A stretch of 64,000 nt of DNA from a virus: IMG/VR virus record IMGVR_UViG_3300025889_009691, positions 26,292 through 90,291 of that record. One strand, 5' to 3'. How positions within the stretch are numbered: the first letter of the stretch is position 1; the number at the start of each line of letters is the position of its first letter. The position numbers were made by a program, and so were the translations under genes. Under the pieces are notes generated by a model. The model saw only the letters and a list, made by a program, of their open reading frames with translations. It did no database searches and was not told the DNA's origin. Shown here piece by piece: positions 1-9,474 of this stretch.

Positions 1-2
1 AG

Positions 3-3000
3 GCGTATAAGGCTGTTGAGAAGGCTGCGAATACTGAGGCTGGTCGCTTGTCTGATAATCCTCCTCGTACTCCTGAGCAGCGGAGTCGGCAGGATGGTAT
101 TCTTGGTTTCTTGAGAGAGTTGATTTTGCGTTTCTTGGGTCTTTGGAATGAAGACTTTGAGCGTGAGCGTGCTGGTCGTCGTGATCGGGATGTTGTTCCG
201 GGTGATGAGGGTGTGCCGGGTGGCCCTGGTGGTGGCGGTCCTCGTCGTCCTAGAGCGCCGGGTGTGCCGGGTGATGGTCCTGATAGTCGTGCTCCTGATG
301 GTCGTACTCCTGATGGCCGCACTCCTGATCCTGATGATATTCCAGAGGCGCTTCAGCCCAAACCTGTTGGGGAGATGACTGATGGAGAGCTAGTTAGAGA
401 ATTCTTCAGATTACGGCATGGTAGCCCGGGGCTTCTCATTCCGGGTCAGCGTGACGAAGAAATGGATAGACGTAGGCTTCGTGAAATCAACGCTGAGCTT
501 CGCCGTAGAAATATTGACCCGTATAATCCTCAGACAATAACTTATACCCCTGCTGATGATGCTGACGATCCTGAAAAAATAATGGACGAGTTTGCACGAA
601 TTCTTCAAGAGTTCCGTGAGCGGGCTGAAGAATACAGAGTTTCTGGTGGCGGCAGAACCCTAGATTTTGTTGAGTCACTAGATGATGACGATTTAGATAA
701 ATACATCAATGCGTTTGAAACTGCTGCTGAGGCTATGGCTGACAACCCACAGTTTGATGATATTCGTGCGGCTTTGGAGCGTTTACGGGCTGAAAGAGAT
801 CGCCGCAACAGAAGCCGTAGTCTTGTTAATGCTAACTTGCGAGATCGTTTTGATCTTGAAACTGAAGAGGGCATGGCGGAAGCAATTCAGCATTTTTATG
901 ATCTAGCTGAGGAATATAACGCTAGAGACGCTATGACTGTAGAATTCATTCAACTTCTTAATGACGACGAAGTCGCTTTCTTCCAAGACGTATTTGATCA
1001 AGCGATTATTCAGTTCCCTGAGGTAGCGCAGCGTGATAATGCGTTTATGAAGATTGCTGCCCGCTTAGCGGATGAACGAGATCGTCGTGACCGCCTAAAC
1101 AAGGTGCCTGCCTCAGAGATTAAACCTGAAGATTATCAACGGGTCCTTGCTGAGATGGAAGCGCATATGGAGCGTTACAGGGTTGCTGGCGGCGGCATGA
1201 CTCTTGACTTCTTTAATGCTATTTCTGATGATGATTTGATTAAGTATCGGCGTGCTGTCCGTGATGCTATAGATGCTAATGCGGTTCCGGCTGATGAAAT
1301 CGGAAACTTGCAAGAGTTGCTGAAGCGTATGGATAACGAGTTTGATCGTCGTTTCCAAGGCCCAGGTAAGCGTCCTCGTATTGAGTCGGAAGAAAACAAC
1401 ATTAAGGATAAGTTTGATCTAGACGAAAACGCTGATTTGTTTGCGGTTATTGCCGAGTTCGAGAAGCGGGCTGCAGACTTTAAGGTTTCTGGCGGCGGCA
1501 TGACTCAAAACATGTTAGAGACTTTGAGTGATGACGAACTTGACGTTTTCTTTAATGCTCATCTGCGGCTATCGGACCTTTACGCAGCTGAAGGCCGTGA
1601 GGGGTTAGAAGACCTTGAGGAACTTATTGGCCGTCTTGCGGCGGAGCGTGATCGTCGTAGACTGCAGCAGGCTGCTTTTGATCCGGGGTCCCGATCTGAC
1701 CCTGATAGCCGTTCGTTGCGGAATGTAAATAATAGGTTCCCACGTAATGGTTTGCCGGGTCGTGCTTATTGGCGTGATGATGATTATAACGGTACTGATG
1801 CTGCTGAGTTGGATAGGCGTTTTGGTGGTTACTATGATGCTGATGGCAATTTGAATGATCGTGGCCGTGAGGTTAATCGTCGTCTTCGTCCTAGTGATCC
1901 TACTGATCCTAATGCTGGTGCCGGTGGTGCGCCGGAGCCGCCTGATCCGAATGATCCTGATGTTCTTGATCGGTTTAGTGATGATGAGCTTAGGGCGTTG
2001 ATTGAGGCTGGCGATGATTTTCCTTTCAATCTTCAACGTATTTCTGATGATGACTTGGTTCGTCTGGATAATATTACCGGCGAGATGGCGAGAGAAAACA
2101 TAAACGCTGGCAATCTGCGCAACTGGCGAGCGATCAGAGCCGAGTATAATGCTCTTGAGGATGGTACAAGAGACCCGAATCGTTTAGGTGTGAATGTTCC
2201 TGGGTCTGCGTCTAACAGGCCGCAGCGTCTGCCGGAATACAGAAATGACCCAGGCTTTAATACTCAGGGCCGGAGAGACCCTGTAAACATGCCTGAGCTT
2301 GATAATCTGACTCCTGAGCAGATTGATAACGTGGCGGGTGCGGCTGTTCGTGAGCATCAAGAAGTTCTGCAATTGATTCTCAATGAGGTTGGTCCTCTTC
2401 AGGATGGTTGGAATGTTGCTGATCTTGAAGCGGCAGTTCGTAGGAGGATAGAGGAGGAGGACTTCCCTCAGGCCGGTGCTCGCCTACTTACGTTACGACT
2501 TCAAGCGTTCCGTGAGTTGAACCAAATGGTTGATGGTCTACGGTTTGTTCGTGAAGAAGAAAGTTTTGATGCAAATGATACTGCTGCTCGTGCGGCTCGT
2601 GATTTAGATGTTTTGAAAGAGTATCTGCCATATCTTGCCCTAAATCGCCGTGAAGGTATTATGAATTTGCGTGATAACCCAGATGCGGCTCTTTCTCGAA
2701 TTGATCCAGACTTTGAGTTCCTTGTTGATGGTGCCCCTTCAGCTAATCGGGTAGTTGACGAACCAGAGGTTGATATTATATTTAACCGGGTTGATCCTGA
2801 TTATGATGATGCGCTTAATAGGTATGACGCTGACCCAGATCGCTTCCTTTCTGATCTTGATTTGTATTCTGCTGGAGACTTGTTAGACATGTTTGACGCT
2901 AGAGTCGGCGCTGGCGAAGTCGTTGATCCTAGCTTAAGAGCAGCATTAAAAGCCAGATATGCTGATTTGTTAAATATTAACGACGGCGATGTGGATGATC

Positions 3001-6000
3001 TGGCACGACGCATGGCGAACATGGATGATGCGATGCTGGATGATATGAGTCCTCGTGATCGTGCACTCCGGCAAGCCCGTTTGCGTGCAGGCAATGCGGG
3101 CCGTCCTCCGTCTAGAGCGGCTGCAGAGCAGGCTGACCGGTTGCGTGCTGCTGATCAGCGTCGTGCTGATGCTGACAGAGGCGGCATTCCTTCAGGGGGT
3201 CCTTTCGAGTTTACGGAAGGAATGACTAGCCGTGAGCGGTTTGATGCTGTTATTGATGCAGCAGATGCTGATCCTGCGGGCGTGAGATTACAGGGGTACT
3301 TAGAAAATATGTCTCCTGAAGAGTTTGGGCGTTTCGAACGTGAGTATGGTTCGTTATTGGCTTTTGCGGCTCAGCGTGACGCTAATGGCCTTTCTGAAGA
3401 TGATGTTCAACGGTATTTTGACTACTTAAGTGACGCTATGGACCGTGAGCGTGCTAGGCGTGGAAACATTAACCGTTTCCAGTTGGACAGAGATTTGCAG
3501 GATCGTTCCGATGAAGCTTTGGAAGCACACATAGAGCACTTACAAAACAGCAAAGCTTGGGGTCTTGACACGCTGGGTAGAGATGTTGATGAATTAGATG
3601 CTTTGATTAATAGACTTCAGAGTGAGGTAGAAGCTAGAAGACTTAGGAACCTGGGTAGTGTTACTCCTGACCTTGTGGATCAGCCTCGGCAGGGCGATGC
3701 CGCTGTAAGGGTGAGACTTAGAGACGCAATGTTTGAAGATAATATGAATGCTGATAAGATACCCGGTGCGAAAGCTATGCTGAGAAACGAACTTATGCTG
3801 GCAGAAGCTTCAACTAATGAAATGTTGCGGTATAGAGAACGCATTCTAAACAGCACGAATCTTTCTGACAGTCAGAAAGATGATCTGATGCGATCTTGGA
3901 ACCGTGCAATGCGGATCAGAGGAGATAGAAGTTTTGAAAGAAACCTTCCTCTGAATGAAAGGTCAGTTGAGGCTATTGATCGTCATTTAGAGTATGTTCA
4001 AGAACGTCTTGACAACATGGACCCAAACATCATAGACGAAAATGGTCTTCTTACTTTACGTGAGGAGCTTCTTGATGGTCGTGCGGTTGCGTCGGCTCGG
4101 GCGAATCTTGGAGACGCTGTTGATAACAAGCCGCAGTTGTCTGATAGATGGCGTAAGGTGGGTAGATGGAACTTCCTCAAAGCTAGACGGCAGCGTCAGC
4201 AGAAGCGTGAGCAGAAGATTAAAGACATTGCTGAGCGTCGTTATGGTGATAGGGAAACGCAGCCGTGGGATATTGGCGGGCGTGATGGCCTGAGTGCGAT
4301 GACTGATGCGCAAGTTGAATCACGAATCAGAGATGCGTTCTTGTTGGATACGGATCAGCCGGTTCAGGTTGGGTCTGTAGAGATTAATGGTAAGACGTAC
4401 ACGAAGCAGATTATTCCCACGACTGATGGCCGTGGCGATGGTGTTTTCATTTCTCGTGACGGCCCTCGTGGAGATATTCTGCAGATTGATGTTCAGTCTA
4501 GTATGAAATTCCAACTATTAGATTCTGATGGTAATGTTGTTGCTGAAGAAACTTATTCCGAAAACGATGGAGGGTTCCGGCTAGGCAGAATGTCTCGTAC
4601 CATCACTTGGGATGCGCAAGGTGACGGTAAGGTTAAGCATAATTTGTTAGGTACGAGCCGTGTTATACAGTTTGAGGGACAAGACATTTCGTTTGCCGGT
4701 GGCGGTTTCACTGAAGAGATGTTTAACAACAACTTGTTGTTCTATAGAAATATGGGTGTTAGCAAAGTTAAGGTTGGTGCTGTTGATGATGGCCGGGTTG
4801 TTTGGCCTCGCATTGGGTTTAGAGATGATAATCCTAACCATATTAGGAACCTTAACGAGGGTATGGTTGAGGTTTTGAAAGATTACAATGGCTATAAAGA
4901 AGCGAAACGTACAGGTATTGAACCTACGTTGAAGCAGCGTGCCGCAAAGGCTCTTATTCAGGATGATGTGAGGGCTGAACGTATTGAGGCTATGGTTGAG
5001 CCTTTATTGAACGTTGATGACCCAGTACGGGTGCTGGCTTCCATGGATGCTAGAGAAATTAATGAACTGCCAGACATGCATGATTTCATGTTGGCGTTGG
5101 AAGGCGAGGGTATTAGAAACTCTGTTGCGTTCCAGATGTTTAGAGGCGGTGGAGTTTACATCGGTAGAAACGTCGGTGACGACCCCGCTAACAATATTGG
5201 TGCTTTAGATGGAGATATGGTTGATCAGTTGCTTGCTGATGACCCTGAGCTAGCAGGTTTGACGCTTCCCAACCCGTTTAGGGGCACCACGTTCAGTGAC
5301 GGTACTTGGGATATTACAGATATTTTGAGTGATGCTGACGGCGATCCACGTCAGGTAACACCTGATTTGATTGATCCTTATGATCGTCCTCCAGAGCCGT
5401 CGATTCCTTCGATTCCTTCGGTACCTTCAGGACCTACTCCTCCTCCTCGTCAGAGCGACGCCAGACCGAATCAGAAATTAGACCCGAACTTTGATAGGGG
5501 CGAGCAGCGTCCGCTTCCAGCGGTTCCTGTGGGGGCGAATGGTATTGAGTCTGTTGATCAAGGTGCTGAGTGGATGAGAGATGGTAATAATGATGTTTCT
5601 GGTGTTCCTGATGAGTTCCTTAATCCTGTGGTTCTGGCGGTGTCTGATATTGGAGAAGACCGTTTAGGTCAGTATTCAAATGAGATGCTTGAAGAGTTGG
5701 TTGAAGAGTCTTTGGATGATTTGCCTTTTGATGTTACTCGTTTGTCTGATAATGACTTACAGCGGCTTGTGGGAGTAGTTGATCGTTTGTACGGTCAGAA
5801 CGGTTCAGGGTATAGACATGGGCAAGCGATTCGTGATGAACAAAACCGTGTCTTGCGACGTGACGACCGTGAACCAAATGCAAGGTTTGAAATGTTGGTT
5901 CCTGGGATGGGCATGGATGACGGTGGGGGTGTCAATAACAGAGGTAATGCAATAAATGGTGCGCAGCTTATAGTAGATACTGCTACTGGTCAGATATTTA

Positions 6001-6872
6001 TGATTAAGTTTAATGATGGGCGTTCATATGGTCGTGACGAAGACGGTAACGAACTAGTTGGCCGTGCGTTGATGATTCGTCTGGGCTTTGTTCAAGGGCA
6101 GATGAGGTTAGATGGGCCTGCAAATCCAAACGCTGCTAACCGAGACCCGTGGGATGATCCTGCTATTAACCCCGCTCGTGGCTTGATGGGTGAGGCTTTG
6201 CAGAATTACCTTCCTGAAGGCGCTACCGATATTATGATAGGTAGACGGAACCCGGGACAGTATGATTTCTCTAATGAGAACACTCTAGACGATGCAACTC
6301 ACATGATGCTGGGTGACGCTTTGTTGTTTAACAGTGATAGGCATGGTAGCAACTGGCTTCAGTACACGGATCGTGACGGAAATGTTAGACTTGTTCCTAT
6401 TGACATGGGCCTGACTTTGGGTGGCCGTGACGGAGAAGATGGGACTGATAATGACTTCTTTGGGGTTGAGTACCGTGATCCACGGACGGGTGACCTCGTA
6501 AGACTTAGCCCTGAAGAACAATTTGCTGCTCGTGCCGCTAATAGCAGAGGTCCCCGTTTAAGTGGCGATCTTTATAGTCAACTTGCAGCTGCTTCAGCAT
6601 CTGATCGGGCCGCTGTTGCGGCATCGTTTGATCGTGCCCTTGAAAGATTGCGGGCGGCTCAGAGTGCGGAAGATATGGAAAAGGTAATTGGCGATATTGT
6701 TGGTGCGCACGGTAACCTTGATAGCGATGGGTGGAAGCGATCTCAGGAGATGTTCTTAGAACGGTACGGCTGGTTAATGGAAACAGATTATACCGGAGAA
6801 GAACTTATGGACCTAGTTTTGTTTGGCAATTACAGAGGTATGCCTCAACGCCAGAGTAACGTTGGACTTTAG
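3..6872 (+). CDS. Giant multidomain (polyvalent-type) protein, 5'-truncated; helical repeats, GNAT-like domain, C-terminal HipA/PI3K-PI4K-like kinase
   Basis: Frame is open from nt 3 (AYKAVEKAANTEAGRL), so the TTG at 48 is not the start. Kinase motifs MIKF, NELVG, DRHGSN, IDMG; GNAT-like segment GGGF..FNNNLLFY..MG...VGAVDDG.V.W.RIGF. Confidence 0.75.
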   Translation, partial: AYKAVEKAANTEAGRLSDNPPRTPEQRSRQDGILGFLRELILRFLGLWNEDFERERAGRRDRDVVPGDEGVPGGPGGGGPRRPRAPGVPGDGPDSRAPDGRTPDGRTPDPDDIPEALQPKPVGEMTDGELVREFFRLRHGSPGLLIPGQRDEEMDRRRLREINAELRRRNIDPYNPQTITYTPADDADDPEKIMDEFARILQEFRERAEEYRVSGGGRTLDFVESLDDDDLDKYINAFETAAEAMADNPQFDDIRAALERLRAERDRRNRSRSLVNANLRDRFDLETEEGMAEAIQHFYDLAEEYNARDAMTVEFIQLLNDDEVAFFQDVFDQAIIQFPEVAQRDNAFMKIAARLADERDRRDRLNKVPASEIKPEDYQRVLAEMEAHMERYRVAGGGMTLDFFNAISDDDLIKYRRAVRDAIDANAVPADEIGNLQELLKRMDNEFDRRFQGPGKRPRIESEENNIKDKFDLDENADLFAVIAEFEKRAADFKVSGGGMTQNMLETLSDDELDVFFNAHLRLSDLYAAEGREGLEDLEELIGRLAAERDRRRLQQAAFDPGSRSDPDSRSLRNVNNRFPRNGLPGRAYWRDDDYNGTDAAELDRRFGGYYDADGNLNDRGREVNRRLRPSDPTDPNAGAGGAPEPPDPNDPDVLDRFSDDELRALIEAGDDFPFNLQRISDDDLVRLDNITGEMARENINAGNLRNWRAIRAEYNALEDGTRDPNRLGVNVPGSASNRPQRLPEYRNDPGFNTQGRRDPVNMPELDNLTPEQIDNVAGAAVREHQEVLQLILNEVGPLQDGWNVADLEAAVRRRIEEEDFPQAGARLLTLRLQAFRELNQMVDGLRFVREEESFDANDTAARAARDLDVLKEYLPYLALNRREGIMNLRDNPDAALSRIDPDFEFLVDGAPSANRVVDEPEVDIIFNRVDPDYDDALNRYDADPDRFLSDLDLYSAGDLLDMFDARVGAGEVVDPSLRAALKARYADLLNINDGDVDDLARRMANMDDAMLDDMSPRDRALRQARLRAGNAGRPPSRAAAEQADRLRAADQRRADADRGGIPSGGPFEFTEGMTSRERFDAVIDAADADPAGVRLQGYLENMSPEEFGRFEREYGSLLAFAAQRDANGLSEDDVQRYFDYLSDAMDRERARRGNINRFQLDRDLQDRSDEALEAHIEHLQNSKAWGLDTLGRDVDELDALINRLQSEVEARRLRNLGSVTPDLVDQPRQGDAAVRVRLRDAMFEDNMNADKIPGAKAMLRNELMLAEASTNEMLRYRERILNSTNLSDSQKDDLMRSWNRAMRIRGDRSFERNLPLNERSVEAIDRHLEYVQERLDNMDPNIIDENGLLTLREELLDGRAVASARANLGDAVDNKPQLSDRWRKVGRWNFLKARRQRQQKREQKIKDIAERRYGDRETQPWDIGGRDGLSAMTDAQVESRIRDAFLLDTDQPVQVGSVEINGKTYTKQIIPTTDGRGDGVFISRDGPRGDILQIDVQSSMKFQLLDSDGNVVAEETYSENDGGFRLGRMSRTITWDAQGDGKVKHNLLGTSRVIQFEGQDISFAGGGFTEEMFNNNLLFYRNMGVSKVKVGAVDDGRVVWPRIGFRDDNPNHIRNLNEGMVEVLKDYNGYKEAKRTGIEPTLKQRAAKALIQDDVRAERIEAMVEPLLNVDDPVRVLASMDAREINELPDMHDFMLALEGEGIRNSVAFQMFRGGGVYIGRNVGDDPANNIGALDGDMVDQLLADDPELAGLTLPNPFRGTTFSDGTWDITDILSDADGDPRQVTPDLIDPYDRPPEPSIPSIPSVPSGPTPPPRQSDARPNQKLDPNFDRGEQRPLPAVPVGANGIESVDQGAEWMRDGNNDVSGVPDEFLNPVVLAVSDIGEDRLGQYSNEMLEELVEESLDDLPFDVTRLSDNDLQRLVGVVDRLYGQNGSGYRHGQAIRDEQNRVLRRDDREPNARFEMLVPGMGMDDGGGVNNRGNAINGAQLIVDTATGQIFMIKFNDGRSYGRDEDGNELVGRALMIRLGFVQGQMRLDGPANPNAANRDPWDDPAINPARGLMGEALQNYLPEGATDIMIGRRNPGQYDFSNENTLDDATHMMLGDALLFNSDRHGSNWLQYTDRDGNVRLVPIDMGLTLGGRDGEDGTDNDFFGVEYRDPRTGDLVRLSPEEQFAARAANSRGPRLSGDLYSQLAAASASDRAAVAASFDRALERLRAAQSAEDMEKVIGDIVGAHGNLDSDGWKRSQEMFLERYGWLMETDYTGEELMDLVLFGNYRGMPQRQSNVGL

Positions 6873-6928
6873 CGTTTGTTGAGTACAGAAGTTTTGCTAT
6901 TTTCAGAAGATTAAGGTAGACTAACAAC

Positions 6929-7165
6929 ATGAAAAAATTTGGATTTTATGACTTAGACAACACTCTTGAAGGGACTGTTACTGAAACACCTGACGGCCTT
7001 GTTGCGGAAAATGTAGATAACCCGAAGTTTAAAGAGTTTATAGATTTTTTAATTGAATCTGATGGCGGGCAAGCTAGGACTGTAAGACAACTCACACGAT
7101 CAGGGTTCTCATACACAAGTATTAGAGAAATTCGAGATAAGCCTAAAGGTGGTGCAGCAACATGA
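6929..7165 (+). CDS. Hypothetical protein (78 aa)
   Basis: ORF; -10 hexamer TAGACT lies 6 nt before the ATG (leaderless layout). Confidence 0.7.
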   Translation: MKKFGFYDLDNTLEGTVTETPDGLVAENVDNPKFKEFIDFLIESDGGQARTVRQLTRSGFSYTSIREIRDKPKGGAAT

Positions 7166-7779
7166 TTAAACACTACATTTTAACGAAAAACGCTACGATG
7201 CTGCTTACCGTTTCTAGTCTTAACTCTGTAGAGTTTTTTGTTAAGCGTGGCTTTGAAGAAGAGGCAGCCGAACTTGAACTAGAGATGAGTATTCGGGCTA
7301 CCCGTGAGCCTGATACTGACATGTATACGCCCACAAGAATTAAGCGACGTTTTCCAGATGCTATTGAAGTAGATTCAGCTAAGTTTGAAGATGCTCGCAA
7401 AAAAGTTGAGCAGTTTAACGCTGATTATGATGATAATGTTGCTGAGCTTGAAGCTATGTCTTTAGAAGACTTAAAAACTTATATCTCCACGGCTCCTGCT
7501 AGAATGCCGAAACTAGTGAACTATAAGCAACTTAACGAGTTGTGGCAGGTGTTGTATGCTAGTAGTGAATCAGGGTTTATGGCTATTGATGAAGAGGACA
7601 GAGAAGACGAAGAAGTTAGAGAAGATATTCATGCGTTGTATACGTTGTTGAAAGATGCTGAGATTACTAACGACAACTCTTCGATTAAAGAAGTTTTGAA
7701 ATTAGCGAAGTTTGTTTCTCCTGATGCTATAGGTGTTACTTTTGAGGCAATTGAGCCGGAGGCTGAGGCTGATGGCTAA
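7162..7779 (+). CDS. Acidic hypothetical protein (205 aa)
   Basis: ATGA overlap with the upstream ORF; GGTGG SD-like sequence. Confidence 0.75.
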   Translation: MIKHYILTKNATMLLTVSSLNSVEFFVKRGFEEEAAELELEMSIRATREPDTDMYTPTRIKRRFPDAIEVDSAKFEDARKKVEQFNADYDDNVAELEAMSLEDLKTYISTAPARMPKLVNYKQLNELWQVLYASSESGFMAIDEEDREDEEVREDIHALYTLLKDAEITNDNSSIKEVLKLAKFVSPDAIGVTFEAIEPEAEADG

Positions 7780-9286
7780 GGACCCTTTAGAAGGACAGAC
7801 AGTACCCACGAAAGAAATGGCGGAAAACCTATCCGACATTTTAGGCTGTACGGGTGCTCACAAAGTCGGTGATGACGCTTGGGGTCCTTGCGAGTCCGCT
7901 GAAGATTTGCAGCAGCTTATCAAGCTAGGTAATCCTGCTTTTCGTGAATGGAAAGAACGGCAGGGAAAGAAAACTGGCAGTAAAGAAATGCTGCGGTTGA
8001 AAGCCGCTAAAGGAAAGAGCGTGTTTTCTTCTCGGGCTGAAGCGGAGCAGGCTGCTGTCAAGTTAGGTTGTTTTGGGGCGCATCAAACTGCTCAAGGCAA
8101 GTGGGCACCTTGTGCTACACCTGAAGAGCGTAATGCTGCCCAAGGTAACGGCGGCAATGGGTCTGCGAGAGTTATTCGTGCTCAGCGGCCTGCCCGCAGA
8201 ACTGTAACTAATGAGCGTAGGTGGGAGAATCTGCGTGAGCGTGGCCCACGTGGTATTGAAACTCTTCCCGGTGGCGGGCTTGTTTCTGGCAAGGCAGGTG
8301 TTTCGGATTCTTTTAAGCCGACTGCTGGTATGGTGTCGGAGGCTAAGAAGGGTTTGGAGTGGCGTAAAGAGTTTGGTCGTGGCGGCACTATGGTTGGTGT
8401 TGCTCGTGCTCGTGATATTGCGAACGGGAAGAACTTGCCGTATCGTACTGTGAAGCGGGTTAAGGCTTATTTTGATCGTCATCAGAGCGATTCAAAAGCT
8501 GGGGGTTACCGTCCGGGCGAGAAGGGGTTTCCTTCTAATGGGCGCATTGCTTGGGCTTTGTGGGGTGGCGATGCCGGTTATACTTGGGCGAAGGCTATTG
8601 TTCGTCGTGTAGAGGGCGGCGAGAAGACGACGTTTGACACTATTGAGGAAAAGCGGTTCTATACGCAGAAGCGTCGGGAAGAGTACGCTAAGCGGGGTTG
8701 GGCGCTTCCTGACGGGTCGTATCCGATTAGAGATGTTGGTGATTTGCGGAACGCTATCCAAGCTTACGGTTTAGGTAAAGATAGAGAGGCCGCTAAGCGT
8801 CACATTATGAAACGTGCCCGTGCTTTGGGTAGGACTGAGTTGATTCCAGATAATTGGAAAGTTCGTGAGAAGGCTGCTAGAAAGTATGGGCCGAATGATC
8901 CGAAGACTCCTGCTAAACCGTCTGAACGTATTAGCGGTTCACGTCGAAACAAGCCGGGTACTGCTGCAAATACTCGTGGGGGGATTAAACTTTCGGCTGC
9001 GGTTGAAAAGTCTTTGAAAGAAAAGGTTAAGACTCACAACGAGAAGATGACGAAACGGAATAAAGATAGCCGTAAAGTTACGCTCGGCATGTTAAAAGCT
9101 GTGTGGCGAAGAGGCGCTGGAGCGTTTTCGCAGACTCATCGCCCGAAGATGGGGCGGCAGCAATGGGCTATGGGCCGTGTCAATGCGTTTCTTAAGTTAA
9201 CGTCTAGCGGAAAACCATCAAATCCGAAGTATACAACCGACAACGACTTGCTTCCTAAAGGTCATCCACGGTCTACTCGCAAGTAG
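7772..9286 (+). CDS. Basic modular head-associated protein (two GCxGAH..WxPC modules plus three conserved phage head-region modules)
   Basis: Start reassigned to ATG 7772. DUF3721-like LGCxGAH...WxPC x2; GRGGT..G.ARA...RH...IAWALWGG module; ALPDGSYPI..DL.NAI module; LKAVWRRGAGA..WAMGRVNAFL module; lies immediately upstream of the capsid gene. Confidence 0.65.
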   Translation: MAKDPLEGQTVPTKEMAENLSDILGCTGAHKVGDDAWGPCESAEDLQQLIKLGNPAFREWKERQGKKTGSKEMLRLKAAKGKSVFSSRAEAEQAAVKLGCFGAHQTAQGKWAPCATPEERNAAQGNGGNGSARVIRAQRPARRTVTNERRWENLRERGPRGIETLPGGGLVSGKAGVSDSFKPTAGMVSEAKKGLEWRKEFGRGGTMVGVARARDIANGKNLPYRTVKRVKAYFDRHQSDSKAGGYRPGEKGFPSNGRIAWALWGGDAGYTWAKAIVRRVEGGEKTTFDTIEEKRFYTQKRREEYAKRGWALPDGSYPIRDVGDLRNAIQAYGLGKDREAAKRHIMKRARALGRTELIPDNWKVREKAARKYGPNDPKTPAKPSERISGSRRNKPGTAANTRGGIKLSAAVEKSLKEKVKTHNEKMTKRNKDSRKVTLGMLKAVWRRGAGAFSQTHRPKMGRQQWAMGRVNAFLKLTSSGKPSNPKYTTDNDLLPKGHPRSTRK

Positions 9287-9381
9287 TATCGCTGGATTAA
9301 GGTTTGCGATATACATTAGAATAGTACTGTTGCTTGCCGCAAGAGAATCTTGGGAAAGTTCCCGTGAACCCCTTTACGTAG

Positions 9382-9401
9382 GTGATAGCATAATACTTGA
9401 C
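9382..9401 (+). promoter_or_regulatory. Putative late promoter/leader motif of the capsid gene
   Basis: GTGATAGCATAATACTTGAC, 17/20 identical to the motif upstream of the sheath gene (21406-21425). Confidence 0.55.
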
Positions 9402-9474
9402 TGGTGTCACCAGATTGTTGGGTCGCCTGTCATTAAAGTAAACATGTTAAACTCAAACCTTAAGGAGACTAAAC

